Source of the DNA: Burkholderiales bacterium
GTDB lineage: Bacteria > Pseudomonadota > Gammaproteobacteria > Burkholderiales > SG8-39
Assembly: GCA_035251855.1 (NCBI GenBank)
Contig: DATFDV010000295.1
Location: 1 to 45,811 of the forward strand
Length of the DNA stretch: 45,811 nt
Direction of reading: 5' to 3'
Made by a program: the position numbers and the translations under genes. The notes under the pieces are model-generated. The model was not told the origin of the DNA. It searched no databases and worked only from the letters and a program-made list of their open reading frames with translations. Positions 26,248-32,382 of this stretch are shown here, in pieces. The number at the start of each line of letters is the position of its first letter. The first letter of the stretch is position 1.

Positions 26248-26711
26248 CTCCGGCCGCCCCAGCCCGCGAGGCCGCGGCCGATCGTGCGCCAGCCGGCCAC
26301 CTTGAACTCGCCGGCGGCCACTTCATCGGGCGCAGCGCTGGCGCCGCGGGGCGCCGCCACCGGGCGGTAGTGGTGTTTCACCCGCGGCCCGGGCGCGCGC
26401 GCGAGCGGCGGCGTGCCAGGCAAGGCCACCACCTTGCAATGCGGATGGCAATCGAAGATGCCGGCGTCGCGCGCCGTGCCGATGACGACGACCGAGCCCA
26501 ACTCGATCATCGGATTCAGGTAGAACGCGACCAGCCGGTATTCGAGATTGAGGCGCTGCGAGATCGCCTTGAGCGTGAGCGGCCCGGCGTCGAGCGCCGC
26601 CCGGATCTCGTCGCGGCGCTGCGGCCACAGCTTCGTCCGCCGGCCGCGCCGCGAATGCTCCCGCGCCCGGAGCGTTACCTCACCGGGTAGATGCCCTGCC
26701 CCGCCCCGCAT
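26244..26711 (-). CDS. Hypothetical protein (possible winged-helix DNA-binding)
   Basis: 155 aa. ATG preceded by GGGAGGGAGAG. Confidence 0.5.
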   Translation of the reverse strand: MRGGAGHLPGEVTLRAREHSRRGRRTKLWPQRRDEIRAALDAGPLTLKAISQRLNLEYRLVAFYLNPMIELGSVVVIGTARDAGIFDCHPHCKVVALPGTPPLARAPGPRVKHHYRPVAAPRGASAAPDEVAAGEFKVAGWRTIGRGLAGWGGRR

Positions 26712-26889
26712 CTCTCCCTCCCGTGAGACACTTCAAGTGCTCCACCATCGCCCGATAGTGAAAATGATTGCGGCGAGCCCCCGCCCGCCGCCATTCGATG
26801 AAAGCCCGATGCGCCGCCGCAATGCGTGGCTGACAGCGCGCCACCGGCGCGTCGGGAAAGAGATCGTTGGTGACGACGTCGCGGGTCAT
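26680..26889 (-). CDS. Hypothetical protein
   Basis: 69 aa. No clear RBS. In the operon direction. Confidence 0.3.
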   Translation of the reverse strand: MTRDVVTNDLFPDAPVARCQPRIAAAHRAFIEWRRAGARRNHFHYRAMVEHLKCLTGGRDAGRGRASTR

Positions 26890-26965
26890 GTGCGAGGCCG
26901 GGCCACGGAGGCCACCGTGCTAGAGTTGGCGTTGTCGAGACGATCAACCTTCACGCGGAGGCTCC

Positions 26966-27220
26966 ATGGAAAACGACGATGACAAACCATTCACCCTCGA
27001 GGGCTTCAGCGAAGACATCACATACGCGCTAGCGGCGCTCACAGCTAGCATCGGAAGGAGTCTCCCGCGCGGCGAATCGCAGCAGCTATCATTTCTGCTG
27101 TCTCGCGCCGCGAAGCGCGCACCGGGCGACAGGCTCGTTGCGCAGACGCTGCTACAGAGCTTCGCAAAGATCGCGCGAAAATCATCCCGCCGAGGGAAAT
27201 ACAGATCGCGCAAGCAATAA
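26966..27220 (+). CDS. Hypothetical protein, opposite in orientation to the surrounding operon
   Basis: 84 aa. GGAGG lies 4 nt before the ATG. Composition is more natural than the antisense ORF 26944..27249. Confidence 0.45.
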   Translation: MENDDDKPFTLEGFSEDITYALAALTASIGRSLPRGESQQLSFLLSRAAKRAPGDRLVAQTLLQSFAKIARKSSRRGKYRSRKQ

Positions 27221-27226
27221 GACGCC

Positions 27227-27397
27227 TCATCGCCGCCCCCGCAGCCCATACACCCGCGCCGGATTCTTCCCGGTGCGCTTCTTCACCCGGCGCGCGAGCG
27301 CCGTCTTGACGAGCCGCGTGGCGGCCTCTTCCTCGCTCACACCGTCGCGCTCGGCTATCTGACGCACCAAGTCACGCTCCCTGCCGCTCAACGGCAC
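27227..27397 (-). CDS. Small putative HTH protein (start uncertain; the track ORF extends to 27493 from a TTG)
   Basis: ...LSGRERDLVRQIAERDGVSEEEAATRLVKTALARRVKK. GTG at 27397 would leave the upstream repeat array non-coding. Confidence 0.35.
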   Translation of the reverse strand: MPLSGRERDLVRQIAERDGVSEEEAATRLVKTALARRVKKRTGKNPARVYGLRGRR

Positions 27398-27403
27398 ATT
27401 TGG

Positions 27404-27467
27404 AGGCCCCTTAAAAGGTCCCTCAATAGGTCCCTTTTTAGGTCCCAAAAAGGTCCTTTTGAGGCCC
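27404..27467. repeat. Six phased direct repeats of AGGYCC at 11-12 bp spacing, separated by A/T tracts (iteron-like array)
   Basis: AGGCCC at 27404, AGGTCC at 27416, 27428, 27440 and 27451, AGGCCC at 27462. Spacers are ttaaa / ctcaat / cttttt / caaaa / tttg. Confidence 0.75.
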
Positions 27468-27647
27468 TTCGTTTTGCGGCGTGCTTGCCGCAATATCGAG
27501 CCTCGCCTGCTCCAGCAGCATCTCGCGCAGCATCGTTGCCATCTGCTGGCCGGTATAGTTCACCCACGCGGTGATCAGGTCGTGCTCCGTATCGTTCAAC
27601 CGGAGCCGCACAACATGCTGTCGAATGAGAGAAGGATCACCGTACAT
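27438..27647 (-). CDS. Ribbon-helix-helix-like small DNA-binding protein
   Basis: Start trimmed to ATG 27647. 69 aa; MYGDPSLIRQHVVRLRLNDTEHDLITAWVNYTGQQMATMLREMLLEQ (beta strand followed by two helices). Confidence 0.5.
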   Translation of the reverse strand: MYGDPSLIRQHVVRLRLNDTEHDLITAWVNYTGQQMATMLREMLLEQARLDIAASTPQNEGPQKDLFGT

Positions 27648-27672
27648 ATGACACCTCGCGAAGGGAGGCACC

Positions 27673-28014
27673 ATGGAAGCGAACGCCAAGCGACTGCTGA
27701 TAGTGATCCGCTTCGGAGACGAAACGCCGGTCAAAGTACGCGCGCCAAAAGCGGCGCCGGCGATCCTTGCCGTGATCCAGAGGTGCTCCGGTGGCGAGCA
27801 TCAGCTTGCCTTCACCTCGCGCGACGGCTCGGTCTTTGGCTATCTCCTCAAAACCACCAGGCCACTCGGGGCGCTGCGCGCCGAACTCTACGGCGAAACC
27901 GGCGCCGGCACCGCGGCACTGCTCAACGAAGACCACTTCTTTGCGGTCGAGCTGGGCGCGGATTTCGATGGCCGCGGCTTCAGTCGAGCATGGACTTGGC
28001 TTCAGCATCACTGA
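27673..28014 (+). CDS. Hypothetical protein, opposite in orientation to the surrounding operon
   Basis: 113 aa. GGGAGG RBS. By hand count GC3 exceeds GC1. Composition is more natural than the antisense ORF 27637..28011. Confidence 0.6.
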   Translation: MEANAKRLLIVIRFGDETPVKVRAPKAAPAILAVIQRCSGGEHQLAFTSRDGSVFGYLLKTTRPLGALRAELYGETGAGTAALLNEDHFFAVELGADFDGRGFSRAWTWLQHH

Positions 28015-28125
28015 GCCCGAATCCTTTCAGCATCATCAGCGTGTGGCGGCGCTGGATCATTGCAAGCACCCTGACGAGCCACAGGCAGGGCGAGGTGCAC
28101 ACCAGCCAGTCGAGTACGCGAGCGA

Positions 28126-28215
28126 TCACGCGCACCCCCGGCCGGTGTGGTTCTCGGGATCGTTGAGCAGGATCTTGACGACGTGCTCGCGAATAAGGGA
28201 GGGATCGGCATACAT
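28126..28215 (-). pseudogene. Truncated duplicate of the 5' end of the RHH gene (29-codon remnant)
   Basis: Hand translation gives MYADPSLIREHVVKILLNDPENHTGRGCA*, compared with MYGDPSLIRQHVVRLRLNDTEHD at 27647. Confidence 0.5.
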
Positions 28216-28234
28216 GGTTGGTTCTCGTTATCAG

Positions 28235-28432
28235 TCAAGCCGCTGCTTCGGCACGATTGCGAAAGTAGGCGGCGAGTTTCTGGATGATGCTCACCCCCGG
28301 ATCAGCTATTTCGCGGGTGGCGATTTTCTGAAGCGTCCGATAAGGAACGCCTGACTCGCGCGCCACCTTGGGAAGCTGCCCCTTGGAGAGCTGGAGCTGC
28401 TGGAGGACAAAATCGTAGATGTTGGTTTCCAC
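28235..28432 (-). CDS. Cro-like HTH regulator, first gene of the leftward early operon
   Basis: 65 aa, GTG start. ...LPKVARESGVPYRTLQKIATRE is an HTH. Sits immediately downstream of the operator-bearing promoter. Confidence 0.65.
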   Translation of the reverse strand: METNIYDFVLQQLQLSKGQLPKVARESGVPYRTLQKIATREIADPGVSIIQKLAAYFRNRAEAAA

Positions 28433-28439
28433 ACCATAG

Positions 28440-28480
28440 ATTCTACCCGATTTCGGGTTTTCGTCAACCCGGTATCGGGT
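28440..28480 (-). promoter_or_regulatory. Leftward early promoter (TTGACG-16-TAGAAT) with two 14-bp palindromic operators (28445-28458 and 28467-28480)
   Basis: Minus strand reads ACCCGATACCGGGTTGACGaaaACCCGAAATCGGGTAGAAT. One operator abuts the -35 and the other fills the spacer. Confidence 0.65.
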
Positions 28481-28507
28481 AAGAAAAGCCGCTACGCTCT
28501 TAACATC

Positions 28508-28891
28508 ATGGCGCCAAAGGAAAAACGGGAGCCGCGAGCACTCTCGCAGGTTAAGATTATTCTGCGCGACAACTTCCGCGCTTTACTTGATCGCGACTAC
28601 CCGCGCGATCAATACAAGAACGGACGAGGCCAGTTGCAGGCGTTCATCAGGGACCACAAGCGCGCGGGGTGGAGCGCTACCAACCTATCCAAATTGCAGC
28701 GGGTGCGCGATGAGGGCAGCACCAATCTCGATACGGTGGCAAACTTGGCGATGACCTATCATTTTGAGGCTTACCAATTATTCGTTAGAAATCTGGAGGT
28801 CAATGATCCGCAACAGGCTGTACGGTCAGAAGTAGTTCGTATGATCGACCAACTCGAAAAGGCGAGGAGAGGCCAACGTGAAACTGACTGA
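28508..28891 (+). CDS. XRE-family HTH protein, candidate immunity repressor
   Basis: 127 aa. ...GWSATNLSKLQRVRDEGSTNLDTVANLAMTYHFEAYQLF is HTH-like. Divergent from the cro-like gene across the operator region. Confidence 0.55.
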   Translation: MAPKEKREPRALSQVKIILRDNFRALLDRDYPRDQYKNGRGQLQAFIRDHKRAGWSATNLSKLQRVRDEGSTNLDTVANLAMTYHFEAYQLFVRNLEVNDPQQAVRSEVVRMIDQLEKARRGQRETD

Positions 28892-29090
28892 TAGAGAAAA
28901 GCGCGAGCTCGATTTGCTCCGCGCTCTAGACACAAAGCAACGAGATAAGTTGCTCGAGCAGATGGAGCGCCAGGTATTGGCGAACCGCATCACTGAGCGC
29001 GTTGCCGGGCGCAAGCTTCGCATCGTTGATGACAAGAAGATCGAGCGCGCCTTCGGCGCGCCGCGATGGAAGCATCGGGGAAAGCCATGA
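28878..29090 (+). CDS. Hypothetical charged/coiled-coil small protein
   Basis: 70 aa, GTG start. Coupled to the next gene by an ATGA overlap. Confidence 0.45.
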   Translation: MKLTDREKRELDLLRALDTKQRDKLLEQMERQVLANRITERVAGRKLRIVDDKKIERAFGAPRWKHRGKP

Positions 29091-29614
29091 AGAACCTGCT
29101 ATGGTTGACTCTTCTGCCAGCAATCGCGCTGGCACAAGAGATCGAGGTCAAAGGCGTGCCGTTCGGCGCCTCCGAAGCCACCATCCAGAAAACGGTGAAA
29201 GGGGCAGGTTGCGGTACACCTCCTCGTGGATCACGGGGCGATCGCTGGTGCCACGTGGTGCAAGGCGGCACTTATGCTGGCGCGCCGGCCCAAATCTTTT
29301 TCACCCTCTACAACGACTCAATGCAATCAGCTCATATCTTGTTTTCCCCCTCCGATTACGATGCCATAGTCGACGCGCTGGCAATTCGACACGGCCCAGC
29401 ACACCGGACGGACGTTGAGAAATTGACCACACGGATCGGGGCAGTCTACGAAAATACCATCACCCGCTGGAAAATCGTAGATGTTCTAATCACCGCGCGC
29501 CGCTACAGCTACAGCATCGACAAAGGCAGCGTCACCCTCGAAACCACCGCTGGTCGCGTAGAGGAAGCCATTCGCGCGCGCAAAGTGGCCCCTGAGCGCG
29601 CCAAGGACCTGTAG
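29087..29614 (+). CDS. Secreted protein (signal peptide MKNLLWLTLLPAIALA/QE), lysogeny-cassette cargo
   Basis: Start trimmed to ATG 29087. 175 aa. Classical n-h-c signal peptide with an ALA-Q cleavage site. Lower GC than the flanks. Confidence 0.6.
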   Translation: MKNLLWLTLLPAIALAQEIEVKGVPFGASEATIQKTVKGAGCGTPPRGSRGDRWCHVVQGGTYAGAPAQIFFTLYNDSMQSAHILFSPSDYDAIVDALAIRHGPAHRTDVEKLTTRIGAVYENTITRWKIVDVLITARRYSYSIDKGSVTLETTAGRVEEAIRARKVAPERAKDL

Positions 29615-29685
29615 CCCGAAATTTTCGGGACACACGCCAATTACCCGATTTCGGGTTGACAACTACCCGATTTAGGGTTTAGCAT
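29615..29685 (+). promoter_or_regulatory. Rightward early promoter (TTGACA-18-TAGCAT) with operators at 29643-29656 and 29665-29678, plus a related palindrome CCCGAAATTTTCGGG at 29615-29629
   Basis: Plus strand reads ACCCGATTTCGGGTTGACAactACCCGATTTAGGGTtTAGCAT. Same architecture as 28440-28480 in the opposite orientation. Confidence 0.65.
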
Positions 29686-29727
29686 CCCTTCCCGTCACCC
29701 ACGGGAGGGAAGATGCAGCACTCAGCA

Positions 29728-29961
29728 CTACCCGGCATCGTCGCCGGCACGCTGACCGGATACAGCCTCGGCCAGCTCCTGCACGGTAGTGCCCAAGAAT
29801 TCGATCGCGCCCATAGGCGAGATCGTGTCCCCGTTCCCGAGAAATTTCACCTGAGTCGCCAGGCGGTCGATCGCCGTAGCGATCGCGCCGAGCTGCTCCG
29901 CGTGCACGTCGGCGAGCCGGCTGATCGCGAGCGCAAGCGCGTCATTGGAGTCTGCTGCCAT
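29728..29961 (-). CDS. Hypothetical helical protein (the call against the same-phase antisense ORF 29713..29967 is uncertain)
   Basis: 77 aa, Ala/Leu-rich with natural composition. Hand count gives GC3 about 79% against about 69% for the plus ORF. The plus ORF, however, has a GGGAGGG RBS just downstream of the rightward promoter. Confidence 0.4.
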   Translation of the reverse strand: MAADSNDALALAISRLADVHAEQLGAIATAIDRLATQVKFLGNGDTISPMGAIEFLGTTVQELAEAVSGQRAGDDAG

Positions 29962-30154
29962 GGCTGATCCCCTTTCCGTTGGCCAGCGCGTGCTCTATCG
30001 CAGGCTGGGCGAAAAAGCATACCGCGAGAGCACCGTGCGCACCATCATCGCGCCGCCCGCTGAACTCGCCTCACCCCTCGGCATCCGCGTCGTGCTCGAG
30101 ACCGGCGAGATCGCGCGCACCGAGAACGTCATCCCTGCGGGGCCCACCACATGA
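29960..30154 (+). CDS. Hypothetical protein
   Basis: 64 aa from ATG 29960 (the track starts at TTG 29945). ATGA-coupled to the next gene. Confidence 0.5.
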   Translation: MADPLSVGQRVLYRRLGEKAYRESTVRTIIAPPAELASPLGIRVVLETGEIARTENVIPAGPTT

Positions 30155-30393
30155 CCACAGCACTCATCCACCGGCTCAACGCCGACGTCGTCGAATTCGT
30201 CGGCCGCTGTGGCGACGCGAAATTCCAGGCGGTCGAGATCAAGATCGAGGGCGTCGAGAGCGCCTACATGATGACGCTCGCGCTGCCCGCGTCCACCTGC
30301 CGCGGCCTCGCCGGGCGCGTCAACCCCGAGGCGGTCTATCGCGCGATCTGTCGCGCCATCAATGATTCCGGTGTGGGGATCGCGCTCCCGTGA
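30151..30393 (+). CDS. Hypothetical protein
   Basis: 80 aa, translationally coupled. Confidence 0.5.
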   Translation: MTTALIHRLNADVVEFVGRCGDAKFQAVEIKIEGVESAYMMTLALPASTCRGLAGRVNPEAVYRAICRAINDSGVGIALP

Positions 30394-30434
30394 TCCCGCA
30401 CGCCGCCGACACACCAGCAGAGAAGGAATCCATC

Positions 30435-30872
30435 ATGAACCCCGCCACCACAGAAAAACTCGAAGCGTCCGCCCCCGCACTGCGCTCCATCTCCCTTCCG
30501 CCGATCGGCGCCGCCTGGCACGGCGGCCTCTACGCCGGCATCGCGCGCGGCGCGGACGGCGCGCCCGACTACCACCTGATCCTCGGGCCCGAAGCGCCGA
30601 AGGCGCTCACCTGGGACGCCGCCTGCCAGTGGGCCGTCGCGCTCGACTTTGCCGGGCACCGCGATTTCACGCTCCCCGCGCGCCGCGAGCAATCGCTCCT
30701 CTTCGCCCATCTGCGCGAGGAATTCCAGGAGACGTGGTACTGGTCGGACGAGCCCTACGCTGGCGACGAGGCCTACGCCTGGGTCCAGGTCTTCGGCTTC
30801 GGTACCCAGTACGGCTACCGCCGCAAGTCGGACCACTACCGGGCCCGCGCCGTCCGCAGAGTGCCGCTTTAG
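30435..30872 (+). CDS. DGR target protein 1 (remote), DUF1566/C-type-lectin-like C-terminus carrying VR1
   Basis: Start trimmed to ATG 30435, preceded by AGAAGGAA. 145 aa; GGLYAGIA...LILGPE N-terminal motif is shared with targets 2 and 3. Ends ...WYWSDEPYAGDEAYAWVQVFGFGTQYGYRRKSDHYRARAVRRVPL. Confidence 0.8.
   Translation: MNPATTEKLEASAPALRSISLPPIGAAWHGGLYAGIARGADGAPDYHLILGPEAPKALTWDAACQWAVALDFAGHRDFTLPARREQSLLFAHLREEFQETWYWSDEPYAGDEAYAWVQVFGFGTQYGYRRKSDHYRARAVRRVPL
30752..30860 (+). repeat. DGR variable repeat VR1 (109 nt; 14 substitutions at TR adenines plus one extra codon)
   Basis: Hand alignment to TR 35744-35849. Confidence 0.8.
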
Positions 30873-30910
30873 TCATTCAACCATTCAGCCATTTTTTTCG
30901 GGAGACATCC

Positions 30911-31153
30911 ATGATTCCCGGCGCCGCCAGAATCACCCAGCGCGACACGGTCTACCGCATCGAGGACCCGCTCACCGGCCTGTGCATCCGTCTGCATTCG
31001 GTGCCGGTCGCAGGCGCCGCCGCGCCGCGCATCGTGCCCGAATTGCAACCCGCGAAGCTCTCCACCTGGTTCGCGACCCACGCGCAGGCCGCCGAGGCCT
31101 TCGCGCGCTTCCTCGGCGTTGCACCCTACGACATTGTCAGGAGCGATGCGTGA
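30911..31153 (+). CDS. Hypothetical protein
   Basis: 80 aa. ATG 30911 preceded by GGGAGA. Confidence 0.5.
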   Translation: MIPGAARITQRDTVYRIEDPLTGLCIRLHSVPVAGAAAPRIVPELQPAKLSTWFATHAQAAEAFARFLGVAPYDIVRSDA

Positions 31154-31389
31154 AGCGCAATCCATTCATCGCCGCCGCCATGGCAGCCGCGGTTATCGCG
31201 TCGATGCCGTTCGAGCGCATGGCACGCGCGCGGCGGGCGGAGAATCGGCGCCGCGTTCGCGAACGCGGCAAGACTGGCGTGACCTATAAACCGAACGGCG
31301 AGCGCGAGTGCGCCCGCCGTGTGCGGCAGATCGCCAAAGGCCAGCTCACCGAATCGAACGGTCTCGTGCGCGAGCAGAGGAACGCATGA
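31150..31389 (+). CDS. Hypothetical basic protein with an N-terminal hydrophobic segment
   Basis: 79 aa. GTGA overlap at the start and ATGA overlap at the end. Confidence 0.45.
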   Translation: MKRNPFIAAAMAAAVIASMPFERMARARRAENRRRVRERGKTGVTYKPNGERECARRVRQIAKGQLTESNGLVREQRNA

Positions 31390-31664
31390 ACGACCGCCCG
31401 CTCTGGCTCCCCGGCATCGCTGCCGCGCTCGCGCTGCTCATCCTCTCCGGCTGGCTCGACGGGCGCGCGAAGGACGAGCGCCTGGCCGAACTGATCGCCG
31501 CCCAGCGCCACGCCGCGCCGCTCACGGCCTGCCCGCCGCCGGCGCCCGGGATGACCGACACCATCGTCCTGGTGGTCGAATCCCGCGCCGACGCCGAGCC
31601 CCTCGTCACCGGCTGCTCGCGCATCGCCGAGCGCCGCCACATCGAACGCTGGCGGCCGTGGTGA
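31386..31664 (+). CDS. Hypothetical membrane-anchored protein
   Basis: 92 aa. MNDRPLWLPGIAAALALLILSGW is a TM-like segment. Confidence 0.5.
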   Translation: MNDRPLWLPGIAAALALLILSGWLDGRAKDERLAELIAAQRHAAPLTACPPPAPGMTDTIVLVVESRADAEPLVTGCSRIAERRHIERWRPW

Positions 31665-31873
31665 ACGGCAATCTCTACCAGAAGATCGAGCGCGACAACG
31701 CGCTCGGCGCGTGCGTGCACAACCTCCACAACGTCATCGCCTTGCTGCGCGCCGTGCGCCACTACGACGGCATCCATCAATTCAATCTCGAGCTGCCCTC
31801 AGAGCAGCAACTCATCGACGCCATCCACCGGTGCGCGTCCATCCACAAGCAGACTCTGGAGCCCACCCGATGA
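31658..31873 (+). CDS. Hypothetical protein
   Basis: 71 aa, GTG start overlapping the upstream stop. ATGA-coupled to the next gene. Confidence 0.45.
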   Translation: MVNGNLYQKIERDNALGACVHNLHNVIALLRAVRHYDGIHQFNLELPSEQQLIDAIHRCASIHKQTLEPTR

Positions 31874-32343
31874 ACAAATCCGCCAAGATCCGCGAGTACA
31901 TCACCGCCCACCCCCGCTGCGACGCGAGCGCCGTGTCCGGCGCGACCGGCATCGACCTCAAATTCGTGCAAACGATCTGCGCCCAGCGGGTCAAGGCGGG
32001 CGAGTTCGTTGCCACCACCGATGGGCTCCATTCCGTCCGCCCGGGCTACGTGGCGCACGCCCGCCGCAAGCCCGCGCCGAAAAAGCGCCGCGTCCTGGCC
32101 GGCGAACGGCGCGCGAAGAAAGCGAAACCGGCCAAGCAGCGCACGCTGCGCGATGTGAAGGTGCCGAAGGCAAAGGGCAACGGCCCTCTGCGCGAGGCCG
32201 TGCTGGCGAATTACCGCCAGGCCAGCGCCGCGCTGCGCACCGCGATCGTCGCCGGCGTCACCGGCTACAACGAGGAGCCGATCCTCAAGCTCGCGCTCGA
32301 CGCGCACGCCCGGGCCGAAGCGCTGCTCGAGGCGGCCGCGTAG
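31870..32343 (+). CDS. Hypothetical DNA-binding-like protein (winged-helix N-terminus, Lys/Arg-rich middle)
   Basis: 157 aa from ATG 31870. Confidence 0.5.
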   Translation: MNKSAKIREYITAHPRCDASAVSGATGIDLKFVQTICAQRVKAGEFVATTDGLHSVRPGYVAHARRKPAPKKRRVLAGERRAKKAKPAKQRTLRDVKVPKAKGNGPLREAVLANYRQASAALRTAIVAGVTGYNEEPILKLALDAHARAEALLEAAA

Positions 32344-32382
32344 GCGCTGTCTTTTCATCCCCCGCCATCCCCGGAGGTAATC

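Noticed and set aside
26944-27249. 101-aa minus ORF (and 27045..27230) that would keep the leftward operon co-linear
   Set aside because: The product is Cys/Ser-rich and unnatural. The plus ORF 26966..27220 has a GGAGG RBS and better composition. The call remains uncertain.
27637-28011. 124-aa minus ORF antisense to 27673..28014
   Set aside because: It is in the same codon phase as the plus ORF. The plus frame has the RBS, a higher GC3 than GC1 by hand count, and a more natural sequence.
28008-28238. 76-aa minus ORF between the cro-like gene and the inverted cassette
   Set aside because: The product is Ser/Pro/Arg/Thr-rich and implausible. A different frame in the same region holds the RHH-duplicate remnant.
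29691-29706. Small hairpin TCCCGT-caccc-ACGGGA between the rightward -10 and the first RBS, considered as a terminator
   Set aside because: It has only a 6-bp stem and no T-run. It is more likely an incidental 5' UTR structure.
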